Shown here: piece after piece, positions 10,850-20,735 of the stretch
Layout: each line of letters opens with the position of its first letter
Numbering within the stretch: the first letter of the stretch is position 1
From: Buchnera aphidicola str. APS (Acyrthosiphon pisum)
GTDB taxonomy: Bacteria > Pseudomonadota > Gammaproteobacteria > Enterobacterales > Enterobacteriaceae
Assembly (NCBI RefSeq): GCF_000009605.1
Contig: NC_002528.1
Coordinates: 240,001 to 272,000 of the forward strand
Direction of reading: 5' to 3'
Length of the DNA: 32,000 bases
Program-made: the position numbers and the translations under genes
Notes under the pieces: model-generated
What the model saw: the letters and a program-made list of their open reading frames with translations, nothing else
Databases searched by the model: none
Told to the model about the DNA's origin: nothing

Positions 10850-11907
10850 TTCAACTAAAAATCTTTTAAATTTAGGTGAGATCCATGTTGAAAAAACATT
10901 TTTTTTTTGAGTAATAAGACATACCGCTAATTTCTCTTTTAATGCTAACTTTTGAGCTTTTCTAAAACCTAGTATTAATAATCCTGTATCCCAAGCGTCT
11001 GATTCTAAAGCTGTTGAGGAAATTACACTAACTGAAACTAAATTATGATGTATAGGTTTGCCGCTATGAGGATCAATTAAGTGCGAAATATGTTTTCCTT
11101 CAAGAGAATAATAATTACGATAACTGCCTGCTGTACTGATTGCATTATTCTTTAAATATACAAGTAAGTGTATTGATTTTCTTCTATCAACAGGTTTTTG
11201 AATTGCGATAATTTTATCTTTTCTTGTATTTTTTTCTACTTTGACTAATACAGCTCCTCCTACTGAGATAGTATAATTTTTTATTTTTTTTTTGTAAGTA
11301 TACGTGACAAATGATCTACAGCAAAGCCTTCACCAAGAGTGGAAAGATTAATTTCTATCCCATCTATATCTTTTTCTAGAAACATCCCAAAAGAATTTTT
11401 AATAAGTTTTAAATGTTGACTTCCGGAAAGGAAAATTTTTTCTTTTATTTTTTTTTTAGAAGGATAATGAGTGAGTTTTTCTTTAGTGCCAAATCCCCAC
11501 ATATTAATTAATCGACTAATTGTAATATCTAATTTCCCATTAGTTTTTCGATTAATTTTTAGGGCGGTTGAAATAATTTTAAAAAAATCTTGATTGATTA
11601 TTTGACGCTGATGTTTTTTTAGTCTATTAAATTGAGATACAAGAGAATTTTTCTTCCAAGAAGAAAGCATTTTTTCATCTTCATCTAAATTTTGTTGTAT
11701 TAAATTTTTTATGTATTTTTTATTTTTTAAATTAGGGATCTTGACTTGCCAATATGTACCCATAGTTTTTCCTGTTAATGTTGCAATATTTTGTTTTTCT
11801 CTATCTAAATATCTATTATAAAAATTAACGACTATAAATATAAAAAAAATAAAAACACTGTAAATAATTTTTAAGAACATAAATAATATTATTCTCCTAA
11901 TTAACAA
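10850..11907 (-). pseudogene. apbE: FAD:protein FMN transferase ApbE, frameshifted at an A10 run (N-terminal 208 codons at 11907-11281; C-terminal ~144 codons at 11287-10850 in another frame)
   Basis: The N-terminal ORF (LTGKTMGTYWQVKIP...DITISRLINMWGFG...LSTLGEGFAVDHLSRILTKKK*) matches E. coli ApbE up to ...ADHLARLMEQEG. Hand translation of the next frame gives IKNYTISVGGAVLVKVEKNTRKDKIIAIQKPVDRRKSIHLLVYLKNNAISTAGSYRNYYSLEGKHISHLIDPHSGKPIHHNLVSVSVISSTALESDAWDTGLLILGFRKAQKLALKEKLAVCLITQKKNVFSTWISPKFKRFFS* (stop TGA 10850-10852). This matches the E. coli C-terminal half (ISRYLVSVGGA...GISTSGSYRNYYELDGKRLSHVIDPQTGRPIEHNLVSVTVIAPTALEADGWDTGLMVLG...WMSPQFKSFLV). Confidence 0.88.
11284..11293 (-). 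repeat. 10-nt poly(A) run at the apbE frameshift site
   Basis: The + strand reads tta tttttttttt g (T10 at 11284-11293). The minus strand reads ACA AAA AAA AAA TAA. With 11 A it would read ACA AAA AAA AAA ATA AAA AAT TAT ACT, which joins the two halves. Confidence 0.95.
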
Positions 11908-12151
11908 AAATAAATTTTATCTGATAAATAAAAAAATAAAGTTATAGATTTTTTTGAGTTTTCAAATATAAATATTTATTATTTTGTAGTTTGTTTTCTA
12001 ATTTTCAATCTTTTTAAAAATTTTATATAGATATTAACCAGAAATGGAGTTAAATATCGATGGAGTGTATAATAAACATTTATTCTATTGTGTAATGCAT
12101 TATAATAATATCTTTGTTTACAGATTAGATTGTAATTATGAGAAAGAAATA

Positions 12152-13588
12152 ATGAAAAAATCAGCTATAATATTAAGTAAAATAATACTGATTTTGACGC
12201 TATTACTAAGTTTTGGAATGTCTTGGAATAATGTTTTCTCTAACACAAAAAATAGTATTGTTTCCAGAGAAATTTCTCCTAGTTTAGCGCCAATGTTAGA
12301 AAAAGTTATGCCTTCAGTAATTAGTATTAATATTGAAGGAAGTGCAATTACACGTACTTCTCGTTTACCTCATCAATTTCAACCATTTTTTGGTGATAAT
12401 TCCCCTTTTTGTCAAGGAAATTCACCATTTCGACACTCACCTTTTTGTCATATTAATCCTGACTCTGATGATAAAAAAGAAAAATTTCGGGCATTAGGTT
12501 CAGGTGTTATTATTAATGCTGACAAAGGATATGCAGTAACAAATAATCATGTTGTTGAAAATGCAAATAAAATTCAGGTTCAACTAAGTGATGGACGTCG
12601 ATATGAAGCACGAGTAATTGGGAAAGACTCTCGTTCTGATATTGCTTTAATACAATTAAAAAATGCAAATAATTTAAGTGAGATAAAAATTGCTGATTCC
12701 GATAATTTAAGAGTAGGAGACTATACTGTAGCTATTGGAAATCCATATGGTCTTGGAGAAACTGTAACCTCAGGTATTATTTCTGCTCTAGGACGAAGTG
12801 GTTTAAATATTGAGCATTATGAAAATTTTATTCAAACTGATGCGGCAATTAATAGAGGAAATTCTGGTGGAGCCTTAGTTAATTTAAAGGGTGAGCTAAT
12901 AGGTATTAATACTGCTATTTTAGCTCCAGATGGCGGAAATATTGGAATAGGATTCGCTATTCCTTGCAATATGGTAAAAAATTTAACAGCACAAATGGTT
13001 CAATTTGGACAGGTAAGACGAGGAGAATTAGGTATAATGGGCATGGAACTTAATTCAGATTTAGCACAAATTATGAAAATAAATTCACAAAAAGGAGCAT
13101 TTGTTAGTCGAGTTTTACCTAATTCTTCTGCATTTGAAGCAGGTATTAAAGCTGGTGACATTATAATTTCTTTAAATAGAAAACCAATTTCTAGTTTTTC
13201 ATCATTACGTGCTGAAATAGGATCTTTGCCAGTTGCAACTAAAATGGAATTAGGAGTATTTCGCGAGGGAAGAATTAAAAATATTACTGTAGAATTAAAA
13301 CATTCCGTAAAACACAATTTAAATTCAGAAAATGATTATATAGGAATTGAAGGTGTAGATTTAAGTGATTATATATTTAATGAACAAAAAGTTATAAAAG
13401 TAGATAATGTAAAACCACATACTCCTGCATCAAAAATTGGTTTTAAAAAAGATGATATTATTCTTAACGTAAATCAGAAATTAATAAGTAATGTGGACGA
13501 ATTAAAGAAATTTTTACATAGCAAACCTAAAATTTTAGTTTTTAATATAAAAAGAGGAAATGATACTATATATTTAGTAAGCGAATAA
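12152..13588 (+). CDS. degP: periplasmic serine endoprotease DegP/HtrA
   Basis: The ORF-track ORF starts at 12044, but the homologous protein starts at ATG 12152 with a signal-peptide-like MKKSAIILSKIILILTLLLSF. The catalytic triad contexts are present (TNNHVV, SDIALIQ, GNSGGAL), as is the SPFCQ..SPF linker and two PDZ-like C-terminal regions. 478 aa, against about 474 in E. coli. Confidence 0.93.
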   Translation: MKKSAIILSKIILILTLLLSFGMSWNNVFSNTKNSIVSREISPSLAPMLEKVMPSVISINIEGSAITRTSRLPHQFQPFFGDNSPFCQGNSPFRHSPFCHINPDSDDKKEKFRALGSGVIINADKGYAVTNNHVVENANKIQVQLSDGRRYEARVIGKDSRSDIALIQLKNANNLSEIKIADSDNLRVGDYTVAIGNPYGLGETVTSGIISALGRSGLNIEHYENFIQTDAAINRGNSGGALVNLKGELIGINTAILAPDGGNIGIGFAIPCNMVKNLTAQMVQFGQVRRGELGIMGMELNSDLAQIMKINSQKGAFVSRVLPNSSAFEAGIKAGDIIISLNRKPISSFSSLRAEIGSLPVATKMELGVFREGRIKNITVELKHSVKHNLNSENDYIGIEGVDLSDYIFNEQKVIKVDNVKPHTPASKIGFKKDDIILNVNQKLISNVDELKKFLHSKPKILVFNIKRGNDTIYLVSE

Positions 13589-13601
13589 TAATTTTATAGT
13601 T

Positions 13602-13630
13602 CCGCCCGAACAAATACGGGCGGCTTTTTT
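13602..13630 (+). terminator. Rho-independent terminator after degP (GC stem plus T-run), lying between convergent degP and dapD
   Basis: CCGCCCG (13602-13608), an 8-nt loop aacaaata, then CGGGCGG (13617-13623), followed by c and T6 (13625-13630). It starts 14 nt after the degP stop. A 7-bp all-GC stem stands out in this AT-rich sequence. Confidence 0.85.
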
Positions 13631-13631
13631 C

Positions 13632-14456
13632 TTATTTTATATTTCGTAATAATTGATTAATTTCTGTTTTTCCTAATGTTTTTGCATCTACTTTTTTTAC
13701 AATAATAGCAGCATAAAGGTTGTAATTTCTATTTTCGGATGGCAAAGTTCCAGAAACTACTACAGAATGGGCAGGTACTCTTCCGTAAAAAATTTTTCCG
13801 TTCTCTCTGTCATAAATTTTTGTGCTTTGCCCAATAAAAACGCCCATAGAAATCACACATCCTTTTTCTATAACAACTCCTTCTACAATTTCAGAACGGG
13901 CACCAATAAAACAATTATCTTCAATAATTGTAGGATTATTTTGAAGAGGTTCTAGAACGCCACCTATACCTACACCTCCAGATATATGCACATTTTTACC
14001 TATTTGAGCACAAGATCCTATGGTAGCCCAAGTATCTATCATAGTACCTTGATCAATATATGCACCTATATTTATATAAGAAGGCATAATTATTGTATTA
14101 TAATTAATGAATGCACCATATCTTATTGTTGCTGGTGGTACTATTCTGACTTTTTCTTTTTTAAATTGTTTTTCATTATATTTTTCATATTTTAATGGAA
14201 CTTTATCATAGTAACTAGTGTAACTACCTTCTATAAATTTATTTTCTTTAATATATATATATAATAGAACTGCTTTTTTTAACCATTCGTGTGTAATCCA
14301 AGTATTATCTTTTTTTTCTGAAATTCTAATTATGCCATTATTTAATAATTTAATAACACGAAAAATAGTTTGTAAGATTTCATAATCAAGGTTATTTAGG
14401 TTAATTTTATTTTTATTTTCATAAGTTTCTTCAATTATTTTTTTAAGTTCTTTCAT
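13632..14456 (-). CDS. dapD: 2,3,4,5-tetrahydropyridine-2,6-dicarboxylate N-succinyltransferase DapD
   Basis: 274-aa ORF, the same length as E. coli DapD. It has a left-handed beta-helix hexapeptide-repeat region ([42 protein letters not shown]). Confidence 0.94.
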   Translation of the reverse strand: MKELKKIIEETYENKNKINLNNLDYEILQTIFRVIKLLNNGIIRISEKKDNTWITHEWLKKAVLLYIYIKENKFIEGSYTSYYDKVPLKYEKYNEKQFKKEKVRIVPPATIRYGAFINYNTIIMPSYINIGAYIDQGTMIDTWATIGSCAQIGKNVHISGGVGIGGVLEPLQNNPTIIEDNCFIGARSEIVEGVVIEKGCVISMGVFIGQSTKIYDRENGKIFYGRVPAHSVVVSGTLPSENRNYNLYAAIIVKKVDAKTLGKTEINQLLRNIK

Positions 14457-14516
14457 ATTTTAATGTGACCTAATTTATTATTAATGAATAAGAAAAATTG
14501 TTAAATTATCAATAAT

Positions 14517-15311
14517 TTAATTTATATTAACTAATTTTTGAGAAATATCTTCATCCTTTTGCCATGTTAAAATATCACATCCATATTCCGTTACTAATAC
14601 AGTATGTTCATATTGAGCTGATAAAGAACGATCTTTAGTTTTCACAGTCCATCCATCTTTCATACATTTTACTTCTGGATTTCCAGAATTAATCATTGGT
14701 TCAATAGTAAAAATCATTCCTTTCTTTAGAATAATATTGTTTTTTTTATTTTTATAATGTAATACATGAGGTTCTTCGTGGAAATTACGTCCAATTCCAT
14801 GTCCACAATATTCTTTTACAACAGAAAAATTGTTGCTTTCAACATAATTTTGAATAATTTCGCCAATTTTATATAACGGTATACCTGGTTTTACTAGTTT
14901 TAAAGACAGATATAAGCTTTCTCGAGCAACTTGACATAAACGTTTAGATAAAATACTAGTTTTTCCTATATAAAACATTTTTGAAGTATCACCATGATAA
15001 CCATCTTTAATGATCGCAATATCTATATTAACTATATCTCCTTCTTTAAATACTTGATTTTTACTTGGAATACCATGACATACTACATCATTAATGGAAA
15101 TGCAGATTGATTTTGGAAATCCATGATATCCTAAACATGCCGAAATAGCTTTTTTTTTATAAACAATATAATCATGACAAATTTGGTTGATATCTTCTGT
15201 ACTAATTTTTGGCTGAAGATGTTCTTTTATCATTTCTAATACTTCAGCCGCTAATTTTCCAGATATGCGCATTTTTTTAATTTCTGATTCTGTTTTAATT
15301 ATGCAACTCAT
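14517..15311 (-). CDS. map: type I methionine aminopeptidase
   Basis: 264-aa ORF, the same length as E. coli Map. Metal-ligand contexts are conserved: GDIVNIDI, GYHGD, CGHGIGRNFHEEP, FTIEPM, YEHTVLVT. Confidence 0.95.
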   Translation of the reverse strand: MSCIIKTESEIKKMRISGKLAAEVLEMIKEHLQPKISTEDINQICHDYIVYKKKAISACLGYHGFPKSICISINDVVCHGIPSKNQVFKEGDIVNIDIAIIKDGYHGDTSKMFYIGKTSILSKRLCQVARESLYLSLKLVKPGIPLYKIGEIIQNYVESNNFSVVKEYCGHGIGRNFHEEPHVLHYKNKKNNIILKKGMIFTIEPMINSGNPEVKCMKDGWTVKTKDRSLSAQYEHTVLVTEYGCDILTWQKDEDISQKLVNIN

Positions 15312-15450
15312 AATATTTAGCCGTTTTTTTATATCAATTTCTCAGATTTAAGATATATTTAAATTATACTGTAAAAATATATATATTTTAAAAAAATTAA
15401 TTATAAATTATATGAAACATCAATAATTATTGGTTTTATTAGCATAAAAA

Positions 15451-15479
15451 ATGATATAAATTACTTTATATGGTATATC
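15451..15479 (+). promoter_or_regulatory. candidate sigma-70 promoter for rpsB-tsf with an extended -10 (ATGATA, 17 nt spacer, TGgTATATC)
   Basis: -35-like ATGATA at 15451-15456, TG at 15471-15472, and a -10-like TATATC at 15474-15479, about 95 nt upstream of the rpsB ATG. An extended -10 is a known feature of enterobacterial rpsB promoters. Such hexamers arise by chance in AT-rich DNA, so this call is weak. Confidence 0.3.
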
Positions 15480-15573
15480 AATTAAAATTAAAAATTAATA
15501 TATTAATCTTTATTTTTTATTTAAGATAATATTTACAAAAAATTTCATATTTTAAAAAATTTTAGAGGTAATC

Positions 15574-16308
15574 ATGGAAATTGTATCAATGCGCGAGATG
15601 TTAAAAGCAGGAGTTCATTTCGGTCACCAAACACGTTATTGGAATCCGAAAATGAAACCTTTTATTTTTGGTATTCGTAATAGAGTACATATTATTAATT
15701 TAGAAAAGACCCTACCAATGTTTCATTTCGCTCTATCAGAATTAAAAAAAATTGCTTTGAAGAAAGGTAGAATATTGTTTGTAGGTACTAAGAAAGCTGC
15801 AAGCAAAGGAATAAAAGAAGTCGCTATTAATTGCGAACAATTTTATGTAAATCATCGTTGGCTAGGTGGTATGTTAACAAATTGGAAAACTGTTCGACAA
15901 TCTATAAAACGTTTAAAAGATCTAGAAATAGAATCTAAAGATGGTACTTTTTCTAAATTGACTAAAAAAGAAGCTTTAATAAGATCAAGAGAATTATTTA
16001 AATTAGAAAATAGTTTAGGAGGTATTAAAAATATGGGAGGATTGCCCGATTGCTTATTTGTTATTGATGCTGCACATGAAAATATTGCAATAACAGAAGC
16101 TAATAACTTAGGTATTCCTGTATTTTCTATAGTTGATACTAATTCTAATCCTGATGGTGTAGATTACATCATACCTGGTAATGATGATGCCATTAGATCT
16201 GTGAATCTTTATTTAAAATCTATAATGCTTACAATTTCTAAAATAAATAATCAAAATTCGTTAGATAAAGTTTTTATTGATACTAAAAACAGTACTAATA
16301 TTGAATAG
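15574..16308 (+). CDS. rpsB: 30S ribosomal protein S2
   Basis: 244-aa [30 protein letters not shown] is nearly identical to the E. coli S2 N-terminus. An SD (AGAGGT, 15564-15569) lies 4-5 nt upstream of the ATG. Confidence 0.98.
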   Translation: MEIVSMREMLKAGVHFGHQTRYWNPKMKPFIFGIRNRVHIINLEKTLPMFHFALSELKKIALKKGRILFVGTKKAASKGIKEVAINCEQFYVNHRWLGGMLTNWKTVRQSIKRLKDLEIESKDGTFSKLTKKEALIRSRELFKLENSLGGIKNMGGLPDCLFVIDAAHENIAITEANNLGIPVFSIVDTNSNPDGVDYIIPGNDDAIRSVNLYLKSIMLTISKINNQNSLDKVFIDTKNSTNIE

Positions 16309-16384
16309 AAAATATTTATTAATATTTTAAATATTAATTTAATAAAGTCATAATAAACTATTTATAAAAAAGGAAACTAATATA

Positions 16385-17191
16385 GTGAAAACCAATGTTG
16401 ATACTGGTCTTATTAAAGAACTAAGGTCTCGTACAGGAGCGGGTTTTTTAGCATGTAAACGAGCGTTATTAGAAGAAAATGGAGATATCGAATCGGCAAT
16501 TGATAATTTACGAAAATCAGGAAAATTAACTGCTGAAAAAAAAATTAATAATATTACCAATCAAGGTGCGATTTTTTCTAAGATTAAAAATAACATTGGC
16601 GTCATGCTTGAGTTAAATTGTGAAACTGATTTTGTGTCTAAAGACAACTTGTTTATTTGTCTAGGCGAAGATATTCTAGTAGAAGCATTAGAAAAAAGAA
16701 TAAAAGATATCAATCAATTAAAAGTTATTTTTGAATCAAGAAGAACGGAGTTGGTATCAAAAGTAGGCGAGAACATTAATATCCGTCGTTTTCATTTAAT
16801 AGAAGGTGAAAATATTTTTTCCTATCTTCATGGGGTTCGTATTGGAGTTTTAGTTAGTTCTAGTTCGCTAAATAAAACAATATTAAAAAATATTGCAATG
16901 CATATAGCTGCAAGCAAACCAGAATATTTACATCCAAAAAATGTATCTAGTGAGGTTTTTCAACGGGAATATCAAATTCAACTAGAATTAGCTAAGAATT
17001 TAAATAAGCCTTCAAATTTATTGAAAAAAATTATAGACGGGAGAATGGAAAAATTCGTTAACAATATCTCTTTAACTAGTCAGAGCTTTATTATGAACCC
17101 TATAAAAACAGTAGGAGATATTTTAAATGAAAATCATGCACATATTGAATCATTTATTAGATTTGAATTAGGTGAATTAGTATCTAAATAA
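16385..17191 (+). CDS. tsf: translation elongation factor Ts
   Basis: 268-aa ORF with a GTG start preceded by [37 protein letters not shown] is the EF-Ts UBA-like N-terminus. It lies directly downstream of rpsB, as in E. coli. Confidence 0.95.
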
Positions 17192-17241
17192 AATATAGAT
17201 TTAAAAACATATTAATATAAAATATATTTAGGTTGAGAAAT

Positions 17242-17970
17242 ATGTCTACTGATAAGAAATTCATATACCGACGTATTTTATTAAAGATAAGTGGAGAGGT
17301 ATTACAAGGAGTTAATAAATTTGGTATTGATATAAATTCTTTAAAAAGAATAGCAAAAGAAATTGAATTTATAGTAAAAATTGGTGTACAAGTCGGTTTA
17401 GTTATCGGAAGTGGTAATTTATTTCGTGGTGCAAAATTATCTAAATTAGGTCTTAATCGAGTAGCTTCAGATCATATAGGTATATTATCAACAGTTATTA
17501 ATAGTTTAGCCATGAGAGATACAATTAATTCCATCTCTTCTATTAAAACTTGTCTAATGTCTGCAATACCATTAAATGGTATTTGTGAAATATACAATTA
17601 TGAAAAAGCAATGAATTTATTATCTAATCATGTTGTTGTAATTTTTTCAGCTGGAACAGGAAACCCTTTTTTTACAACGGATTCAGCGGCTTGTTTGCGT
17701 GGTATTGAGACAGAATCTGATATTATTTTAAAAGGAACCAAAGTTGATGGGGTATATTCAAAAGATCCAAATAAAGATTCTCATGCTTTTCTATATAGAA
17801 GACTGACATACAAAGATGTCTTAAAAAAAGAGCTAAAAATTATGGATTTAGCCGCTTTTACACTTGCTAGAGACTATCATATGCCAATTCGAGTTTTTAA
17901 TATACATACTCCCGGTTCTTTATATCGCATCATCATGGGAGATGATGAAGGTACTCTTATTACGAGATAA
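17242..17970 (+). CDS. pyrH: UMP kinase PyrH
   Basis: The ORF track starts at TTG 17233. ATG 17242 gives [19 protein letters not shown], collinear with E. coli MATNAKPVYKRILLKLSGE (242 vs 241 aa). GSGNLFRG and [14 protein letters not shown] motifs are present. Confidence 0.93.
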   Translation: MSTDKKFIYRRILLKISGEVLQGVNKFGIDINSLKRIAKEIEFIVKIGVQVGLVIGSGNLFRGAKLSKLGLNRVASDHIGILSTVINSLAMRDTINSISSIKTCLMSAIPLNGICEIYNYEKAMNLLSNHVVVIFSAGTGNPFFTTDSAACLRGIETESDIILKGTKVDGVYSKDPNKDSHAFLYRRLTYKDVLKKELKIMDLAAFTLARDYHMPIRVFNIHTPGSLYRIIMGDDEGTLITR

Positions 17971-18050
17971 ATTTTGAAAAAAATTTAGAAAAATTCATTT
18001 TAAAATAAAACATTTTATTAGATTAAAAAAAATATTATATAGGTAATCAT

Positions 18051-18608
18051 GTGATTAATCAGATTGATATAAAAACTCGTGAACGAATGGAAGCATGTAT
18101 TCAAACGTTTCATAATAATATTACCAATATTAAAACGGGCAGAGCATCACCGACATTGCTTCATAATATTTATATTGAATATTTTGGATCTAAAACTCCT
18201 TTACGTCAAGTGTCTAATATAATAGTTGAAGATTCTCATACTCTTAAAATCAATGTTTTTGATGATTCGATTACATCTTTAATTAGAAAATCTATTTTAA
18301 ATTCAAATCTTGATTTGAATCCAGTTTTACAAGGGAAAGATATAATTATTCCGATTCCTAGACTAACAGAAGAAAGAAGAAAACAATTAATTAAAGTAAT
18401 CCGTGGTGATGCTGAAAGTAGTCGCATTCAGATTCGCAACATTCGCAGAGACGCAAATGATAAAGTTAAGAGATTACTTAAAGATAAAATTATTAGTGAA
18501 GATAATGAGCATACTTCACAATCAAAAATACAAATAATGACAAATGAATATATTAAAAAAATAGACTGTATTTTAGAAAAAAAAGAAAAAGAACTTATGA
18601 AATTTTAA
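18051..18608 (+). CDS. frr: ribosome recycling factor
   Basis: 185-aa ORF, the same length as E. coli RRF, with a GTG start. It carries KTGRASPTLL and RNIRRDANDK motifs. Confidence 0.95.
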   Translation: MINQIDIKTRERMEACIQTFHNNITNIKTGRASPTLLHNIYIEYFGSKTPLRQVSNIIVEDSHTLKINVFDDSITSLIRKSILNSNLDLNPVLQGKDIIIPIPRLTEERRKQLIKVIRGDAESSRIQIRNIRRDANDKVKRLLKDKIISEDNEHTSQSKIQIMTNEYIKKIDCILEKKEKELMKF

Positions 18609-18690
18609 TATTTGATACTTAAAATATACATATTTGATATAATAAAACATACATTAAAAAATTATTAATTTTTTATAATTAAGAATATTT

Positions 18691-19887
18691 ATGAAGAAAA
18701 TCACTATTTTAGGATCTACTGGTTCCATTGGTATTAACGCGCTATCTATTATTCAAAAAAATCCAGATTTATTTAAGGTAATTGCTTTAGTAGCTAATAA
18801 AAATTTTTCTATTATGTTACGTCAATGTGAGTTATTTTCTCCTGATTGGGTGGCTATGAGAGACGAGAAATCTGCTCATATATTAAGAAAAAAATTAAAA
18901 CATAGTAAAATCAATACTCAAGTTCTTACTGGAGAAAAAGATATTTGTGCGTTAGCTGCATTAGAAGAAACAGATCACGTTATATCTGCAATTGTTGGAA
19001 TGGCTGGTTTGTTACCGACGTTATCTGCAATACATGCTGGCAAAACAATATTATTAGCTAATAAAGAATCTTTAATTACAAGTGGTTATTTTTTTATGAA
19101 AGCACTTTCTTCAAGTGGCGCGAAAATTATTCCTATTGATAGCGAACATAATGCTATTTTTCAAGTGTTACCTTTAGAAATTCAAAAAAACTTAGGTAAA
19201 ACTACTCTAGAGAAAAATAGTATCAAGCATCTTGTTTTAACTGGTTCTGGAGGTCCGTTTTATAAATTTTCTTCATCTGATTTATCTAATGTGACTCCAG
19301 ATCAAGCTTGTTCTCATCCCAATTGGTTGATGGGAAAAAAAATTTCTGTAGATTCAGCTACTATGATGAATAAAGGTTTAGAATATGCTGAAGCAAGATG
19401 GTTATTTAATGCTTTGGAATCAGAAATTAAAATTTTAATTCATCCTGAATCAATTATTCATTCTATGGTGCAGTATTATGATGGTTCTTTATTAGCACAA
19501 TTATCAGTACCTGATATAAGAACATCTATTTCATATGCAATGTCTTGGCCTGACCGTATTTGCACAGAAGTTGATTATTTAAATTTTTATAAAATAAATA
19601 ATCTAACTTTTTTCGAACCTGATTTTACTCAGTTTCCATGTCTAAAGTTAGCTATTGATGCTTTTTCTCAAGGGCAGGCTTCTATGACAGTTTTGAATGC
19701 CGCTAATGAAATTGCCGTGTCATCTTTTCTCGATTCTAAAATTTCTTTTACTAAAATTTATGAAATAAATATGGAAATATTAATGTCTTCCTGTTTTTCC
19801 GAACCAAAGTGTATTCAAGACATTCTAGAAATTGACAGAAAAGTAAGAATATTAGCAAAAAATAAAGTATCATCTTTAATTTTTTAA
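18691..19887 (+). CDS. dxr: 1-deoxy-D-xylulose-5-phosphate reductoisomerase
   Basis: 398-aa ORF, the same length as E. coli Dxr. It has the NADPH-binding ILGSTGSIG, plus LANKESLI, DSEHNAIFQ and HPNWLMGKKISVDSATMMNKGLE. Confidence 0.96.
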   Translation: MKKITILGSTGSIGINALSIIQKNPDLFKVIALVANKNFSIMLRQCELFSPDWVAMRDEKSAHILRKKLKHSKINTQVLTGEKDICALAALEETDHVISAIVGMAGLLPTLSAIHAGKTILLANKESLITSGYFFMKALSSSGAKIIPIDSEHNAIFQVLPLEIQKNLGKTTLEKNSIKHLVLTGSGGPFYKFSSSDLSNVTPDQACSHPNWLMGKKISVDSATMMNKGLEYAEARWLFNALESEIKILIHPESIIHSMVQYYDGSLLAQLSVPDIRTSISYAMSWPDRICTEVDYLNFYKINNLTFFEPDFTQFPCLKLAIDAFSQGQASMTVLNAANEIAVSSFLDSKISFTKIYEINMEILMSSCFSEPKCIQDILEIDRKVRILAKNKVSSLIF

Positions 19888-19889
19888 AC

Positions 19890-19908
19890 GTACATTATGT
19901 TAATGTAC
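19890..19908 (+). other. 8-bp perfect hairpin 3 nt after the dxr stop (GTACATTA tgt TAATGTAC)
   Basis: The arms are 19890-19897 and 19901-19908 with a 3-nt loop. No adjacent T-run follows, so it is not a canonical terminator. It could be an RNA-stabilising or processing hairpin, or chance. Confidence 0.3.
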
Positions 19909-19979
19909 TAATTCATCAATTATTTAATTCAAAACTTTTTTTAATAAAATTTTGTTTTTGAGAGAAACATATACGTACT

Positions 19980-20735
19980 ATGCAGTATAAATATTTATTA
20001 GAATACAACAAAAAAAATCATGAATGTAATCCTTGTCATGTAGCAATTATTATGGATGGAAATGGGCGATGGGCTACTAGACAAGGAAAAATTCGTATTA
20101 TGGGTCATAAAGAAGGTTTTAGAGCAGTAAAAGAAGCAATCAAATTTTCTATTGCAAATAATTTAAAAATATTAACTTTATATGCTTTTAGTAGTGAAAA
20201 CTGGAATCGTCCATTATTTGAAATTAAAGCACTAATGGAATTATTTTTATTTGCGTTAGATACTGAAATTAAAAATTTAAAAAAACATAATATCAGATTT
20301 AAAGTTATTGGTGATATAACATGTTTCGATAAAAAATTACAAAATAGTATTCATTATGCAGAACAAATTACTTTTGACAATACCGGTTTAATTTTAAATA
20401 TAGCAGCAAATTATGGTGGAAGATGGGACATAATTGAAAGCGTTAAAAAAATTATTAATCGAGTGCAGAGAGGAATCTTAGATGTAAATAAAATTCACGA
20501 AAATACTATTTCTCAATATTTATCTACTAGTGAACTTCTTCCAGTAGATTTAGTTATTAGAACAGGAGGAGAAAAAAGAATCAGTAATTTTTTATTATGG
20601 CAAATAGCTTATTCTGAACTATATTTTACTGATGTTTTATGGCCTGATTTTAATTGTCATATTTTTCAACATGCTATAGATTCTTTTGTATCTCGTGAAC
20701 GTCGTTTCGGAGGATTTAAAAAAAATAAAAAATAG
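19980..20735 (+). CDS. uppS: ditrans,polycis-undecaprenyl-diphosphate synthase UppS
   Basis: 251-aa ORF with HVAIIMDGNGRWA, LTLYAFSSENWNRP and RTGGEKRISNFLLWQIAYSELYF motifs. It follows dxr, as in E. coli. Confidence 0.95.
   Translation: MQYKYLLEYNKKNHECNPCHVAIIMDGNGRWATRQGKIRIMGHKEGFRAVKEAIKFSIANNLKILTLYAFSSENWNRPLFEIKALMELFLFALDTEIKNLKKHNIRFKVIGDITCFDKKLQNSIHYAEQITFDNTGLILNIAANYGGRWDIIESVKKIINRVQRGILDVNKIHENTISQYLSTSELLPVDLVIRTGGEKRISNFLLWQIAYSELYFTDVLWPDFNCHIFQHAIDSFVSRERRFGGFKKNKK

Noticed and set aside
12101-12106. A perfect TATAAT hexamer upstream of degP as a promoter -10 element.
   Set aside because: No acceptable -35 or TG extension lies at proper spacing (best is TTTATT or ATTTAT). 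TATAAT occurs frequently by chance in this DNA, so it is not reported as a feature.
12044-12151. A 36-codon N-terminal extension of degP (MELNIDGVYNKHLFYCVMHYNNIFVYRLDCNYEKEI) implied by the ORF track.
   Set aside because: Homology and the signal peptide begin at the internal ATG at 12152 (MKKSAIILSK...). The extension has no counterpart in DegP and would bury the signal peptide.
17233-17241. A TTG start for pyrH, as in the ORF track.
   Set aside because: ATG at 17242 gives an N-terminus collinear with E. coli PyrH and the expected length (242 vs 241 aa). The TTG is just the first in-frame alternative start codon.
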